NCBI GenBank assembly: GCA_963976795.1
Contig: CAXBLT010000004.1
Coordinates: forward strand, 107,939-171,938
Direction of reading: 5' to 3'
Length of the DNA: 64,000 bases
Source: an uncultured Gammaproteobacteria bacterium
GTDB taxonomy: Bacteria; Pseudomonadota; Gammaproteobacteria; Eutrophobiales; Eutrophobiaceae
Position numbers and translations under genes: made by a program. The notes below the pieces were generated by a model. The model was given only the letters and a program-made list of their open reading frames with translations. It had not been told where the DNA came from and did no database searches. Position 1 is the stretch's first letter, and every line of letters begins with the position of its first letter. Of this stretch, positions 61,382-64,000 are shown piece after piece.

Positions 61382-61410
61382 TTGACTCACGTACATTAAT
61401 TTAGTATACT
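61382..61410 (+). promoter_or_regulatory. Sigma70-like transposase promoter with -35 inside the left TIR
   Basis: TTGACT-N17-TATACT. Confidence 0.7.
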
Positions 61411-61446
61411 GGTTATACATTAACTAGAACAAGGTTGAACTAAACA

Positions 61447-62310
61447 ATGGATGTACTTAATTTCTTTAAAGAATTTTCTGATGATGATAAGTGTTTACAT
61501 CATCTTATGGTCACTCGCTTCGGTGAAATCCTAGATTGCCCTAAATGTGGCAAAAATGGGAAGTTTCACAGGGTAAAGAGTCGTCCTGTCTACTCTTGCC
61601 AGTTCTGCCGTCACCAGATCAGCCCAATGAAAGACACGCCTTTTGAGCGATCTCGTACTCCTTTGCAGAAGTGGTTCTATGCTATGTATCTTTTCACTAC
61701 TTCCCGTCACGGCGTACCCGCTAAGGAACTACAACGCCAACTCTCTGTTACCTATAAAACAGCTTGGAGAATGGGGCATGAAATCCGAAAATACATGGCT
61801 GATGTAGATGGTGATTCCAATATGTCAGGTCATATTGAAGTCGATGAGTCTTTTCATGGTGGAAGAAGCGACAAAGCAGGCTTTCCTATTGAAAAGACAG
61901 CCGTATTCGGCATGATCCAACGTAATGGTGACGTTATAACTAAAGTCATTCCAAGACGAGCAAATGTACATATTCGCCCATTAATTAAACAGTACATTGA
62001 TAAAGGCGCGACTGTTAGCTCTGACGAATGGGGCGGTTATCGTAAACTTAAAGAGCTTGGTTACAATCACGGTATGGTTAATCATAGCCGCGAACAATGG
62101 AAAAACGGCGTTCATCATACCAATTCAATAGAAGGTTACTGGTCACGTATTAAGAACTCTATTCGTGGTACACATGTACATGTATCAGGTAAACATCTAC
62201 AAAAATATCTAGGTGAGTTCGAGTATCGCTACAATATGAGAGCTAATCCTTCTTTGATGTTTGATCTTCTTTTAAGGGCTTTTGCGTCATGCGGGACAAG
62301 AGCGAGTTAA
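61447..62310 (+). CDS. IS1595 family transposase
   Basis: Zn ribbon CPKC...CQFC, HTH region (KTAWRM), IEVDE, SDE, HTNSIEG-x-WS, HLQKYL-x-EFEYRYN. Confidence 0.93.
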   Translation: MDVLNFFKEFSDDDKCLHHLMVTRFGEILDCPKCGKNGKFHRVKSRPVYSCQFCRHQISPMKDTPFERSRTPLQKWFYAMYLFTTSRHGVPAKELQRQLSVTYKTAWRMGHEIRKYMADVDGDSNMSGHIEVDESFHGGRSDKAGFPIEKTAVFGMIQRNGDVITKVIPRRANVHIRPLIKQYIDKGATVSSDEWGGYRKLKELGYNHGMVNHSREQWKNGVHHTNSIEGYWSRIKNSIRGTHVHVSGKHLQKYLGEFEYRYNMRANPSLMFDLLLRAFASCGTRAS

Positions 62311-62410
62311 ACTTCTTCTTGCTTCCTTTAGTAGGATGTTGCTCTGCAAACTCTTTTAATTTGCCCTGTTTACGCGCTTCCTCAAGACTTAAATATTTGC
62401 CAGTAGACAT
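62243..62410 (-). CDS. Small basic IS passenger protein (55 aa), absent from the ORF track
   Basis: Manually translated MSTGKYLSLEEARKQGKLKEFAEQHPTKGSKKKFNSLLSRMTQKPLKEDQTSKKD; starts 2 bp after the upstream stop and overlaps the transposase 3' end on the opposite strand. Confidence 0.6.
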   Translation of the reverse strand: MSTGKYLSLEEARKQGKLKEFAEQHPTKGSKKKFNSLLSRMTQKPLKEDQTSKKD

Positions 62411-62412
62411 GA

Positions 62413-62889
62413 TTATTTTTTATTCATTAATTCATTTAACCCAACAAGTTTATTTATTGAGCCTTCTAAAATTACAATATTTTTATTTGTCTCTACGTTT
62501 TGCCTAGAAATAGATTCAAGTTCATTATTAATTTTATTAACATCATTCGTTATAGATATATTTAATACATCAAATTTATCATCCAATTCCTTTGATTCGT
62601 TTCCAATATGAACATATAAGCCAAGTAAACCCAATAAAATAGTGATGGCTACGCCTATACCTATATTCCTCATATCTCTAACATCGTCTTTAATAGACGT
62701 AATATCACCAAGTATATGCTCTACTCTAGTCTCTAAAACGGTCACTCTCTTGTCCAAATCCCCGCTTCCTCCTCCGCCTGTTGAACCCAAATTAGTGGGC
62801 GGATTCCAGTTACCCCCACTACCATGAATCTGAGTTACAGGAGAATAGTTACTACCTGCTCCTGTAGAATCTACATCAGGATTTGTCAT
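62413..62889 (-). CDS. IS passenger: single-TM coiled-coil protein (XhlA-like architecture)
   Basis: Gly-rich GGGGSGD followed by RV-x2-LE-x2-V-x-HI coiled coil, TM helix, second coiled coil. Confidence 0.7.
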   Translation of the reverse strand: MTNPDVDSTGAGSNYSPVTQIHGSGGNWNPPTNLGSTGGGGSGDLDKRVTVLETRVEHILGDITSIKDDVRDMRNIGIGVAITILLGLLGLYVHIGNESKELDDKFDVLNISITNDVNKINNELESISRQNVETNKNIVILEGSINKLVGLNELMNKK

Positions 62890-62890
62890 C

Positions 62891-63295
62891 TTAATTATCC
62901 TCGTCCTTAATCTCTGTAGCAGGGTAAGTACGATTTAATAAATCCCTAAGCTGAATTAGCGCACCATGAGGCATTGTTATTCTGGCTTTATTCTCTCTAA
63001 ACGACTCGGTATCATCTAGTTCAACAGTTGTTTGATAGCCAGCCAATACGCCGCCTTCATGCTCTTTAACATCGCCATCAACAAGCCTTGCCGTTTCACT
63101 AATAATTCCCACAACATCAGCATAAAAAATAATATGGTGCATACCGTCGCCAGTTGGGCCGGTTACAATAGCATTTGTAGCAAAATGACTAGCAAAATGC
63201 GGTGCTCGATGATGCGGTATTTTCATTTCTTTTGGAACTTCGCCATCGTCTGGCATTTTGCTCCTAACTGACGGCCTCTTATCTTTCTCTCCCAT
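62891..63295 (-). CDS. IS passenger: hypothetical soluble protein
   Basis: 134-aa ORF with AAGGGG RBS; first gene of a tightly spaced antisense cassette. Confidence 0.7.
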   Translation of the reverse strand: MGEKDKRPSVRSKMPDDGEVPKEMKIPHHRAPHFASHFATNAIVTGPTGDGMHHIIFYADVVGIISETARLVDGDVKEHEGGVLAGYQTTVELDDTESFRENKARITMPHGALIQLRDLLNRTYPATEIKDEDN

Positions 63296-63499
63296 TGAAA
63301 CGCCCCTTATAAAAACTCAGGCTAATTATACATATTTGAGTATACATATGGCTAAAATTAACTACGTGGCTCAACGGGATAATCGCCATATTATTTAATG
63401 TATTATATATTCAGTAACCATAGCAAAATATGAACAAAGAGCCAAAAACGCCGTTTTTTGACTACAAAAACGGAGCTTAATTAAGTGGAAAAGAAAGAA

Positions 63500-64000
63500 T
63501 CAGGGTTTTTCTGTGTTTTCTTTTTCTTTATCGCAAGAAAGCATAGCGTAAGCAGAGTGATTATGTATGGATTCAAAATTCTCTGATTCGATCGTATAGC
63601 CTAAAATTCTGTCATCTTCATTAAATTTTACTGCGACATCACGAACGATATCTTCAACGAACTTAGGGTTATCGTATGCTCGTTCAGTGACGTACTTTTC
63701 ATCAGGTCTTTTTAAAAGACCATATAGTTCACATGATGCAACTTTTTCAATCACATCAATGAGTTCTTCTATCCAGATAAAGTCAGCCATTCTAACGCAA
63801 GCTGTTATATGTGAGCGCTGATTATGCGCGCCATAATCAGCTATACTCTTCGAACAGGGGCATAAGGAAGTGACTGGAACCAGTACTTTTACTAACACCG
63901 CTGGTTTTGCGTCCTTAATCTGACCGATAAAAGATACTTCGTAATCCATAAGACTTTTGACCCCGGATACCGGTGCCGCTTTATTAACAAAGTATGGGAA
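63500..64000 (-). CDS. folE2: GTP cyclohydrolase IB (5'-truncated by the window edge)
   Basis: FPYF-x2-K-x-APVSG (in frame to the edge), [22 protein letters not shown]-x-VTE, NPKFVED, ESIHNH-x-A. Confidence 0.92.
   Translation of the reverse strand, partial: FPYFVNKAAPVSGVKSLMDYEVSFIGQIKDAKPAVLVKVLVPVTSLCPCSKSIADYGAHNQRSHITACVRMADFIWIEELIDVIEKVASCELYGLLKRPDEKYVTERAYDNPKFVEDIVRDVAVKFNEDDRILGYTIESENFESIHNHSAYAMLSCDKEKENTEKP

Larger units (their letters stand above)
61369..63387 (+). mobile_element. Complete IS1595-family element with passenger genes (2,019 bp)
   Basis: TIRs GGCGTTTATCCCTTTGACTCACGTA (61369-61393) and TACGTGGCTCAACGGGATAATCGCC (63363-63387), 21/25 match; 8-bp target duplication ATATTATT at 61361-61368 and 63388-63395. 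Confidence 0.93.

Noticed and set aside
1-64000. CRISPR arrays, rRNA, tRNA, prophage or integron
   Set aside because: No regularly spaced repeats, cloverleaf or rRNA-like sequence, integrase or phage structural genes were noticed by eye

Overview
AT-rich (about 40% GC by eye) bacterial chromosomal DNA, most likely from an environmental gammaproteobacterium. (1) 1-15.9 kb: short/branched-chain acyl-CoA catabolic cluster built around the B12-dependent fused mutase IcmF (acyl-CoA synthetase, unannotated 55-aa DUF1289-like ORF, IcmF, signal-less BtuF-like protein, acyl-CoA dehydrogenase, EtfBA, ETF-QO, Hbd, enoyl-CoA hydratase), with a TetR gene whose start lies in a 59-bp palindrome. (2) 16.5-20.7 kb: porin, SHOCT protein, pip, folP. 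(3) 20.7-33.9 kb: cofactor region with pqqABCDE (pqqA missed by the ORF track, sigma54-type promoter), methanopterin/methylofuran-linked genes (DHPS-like, DUF447, MfnB, PCD) and Moco/bis-MGD genes with fdhD, including two decaying genes (internally deleted lhgO-like, frameshifted mobB); consistent with C1/methylotrophic metabolism. (4) 34-61 kb: mostly housekeeping genes (ampG, hrpA, MoxR-DUF58-transglutaminase, dinF, hslR, moaB, L,D-transpeptidase plus Lpp-like lipoprotein, mazG), with two unusual fusions (PP2C-TM-FGE, CMD-Rieske) and two REP/MITE-like elements. (5) 61.2-64 kb: a candidate sigma54-driven anti-Shine-Dalgarno sRNA, a complete 2,019-bp IS1595-family element (25-bp TIRs, 8-bp target duplication) carrying a three-gene antisense passenger operon, and a partial folE2. 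All calls come from motif and family recognition by eye; no database searches were run.
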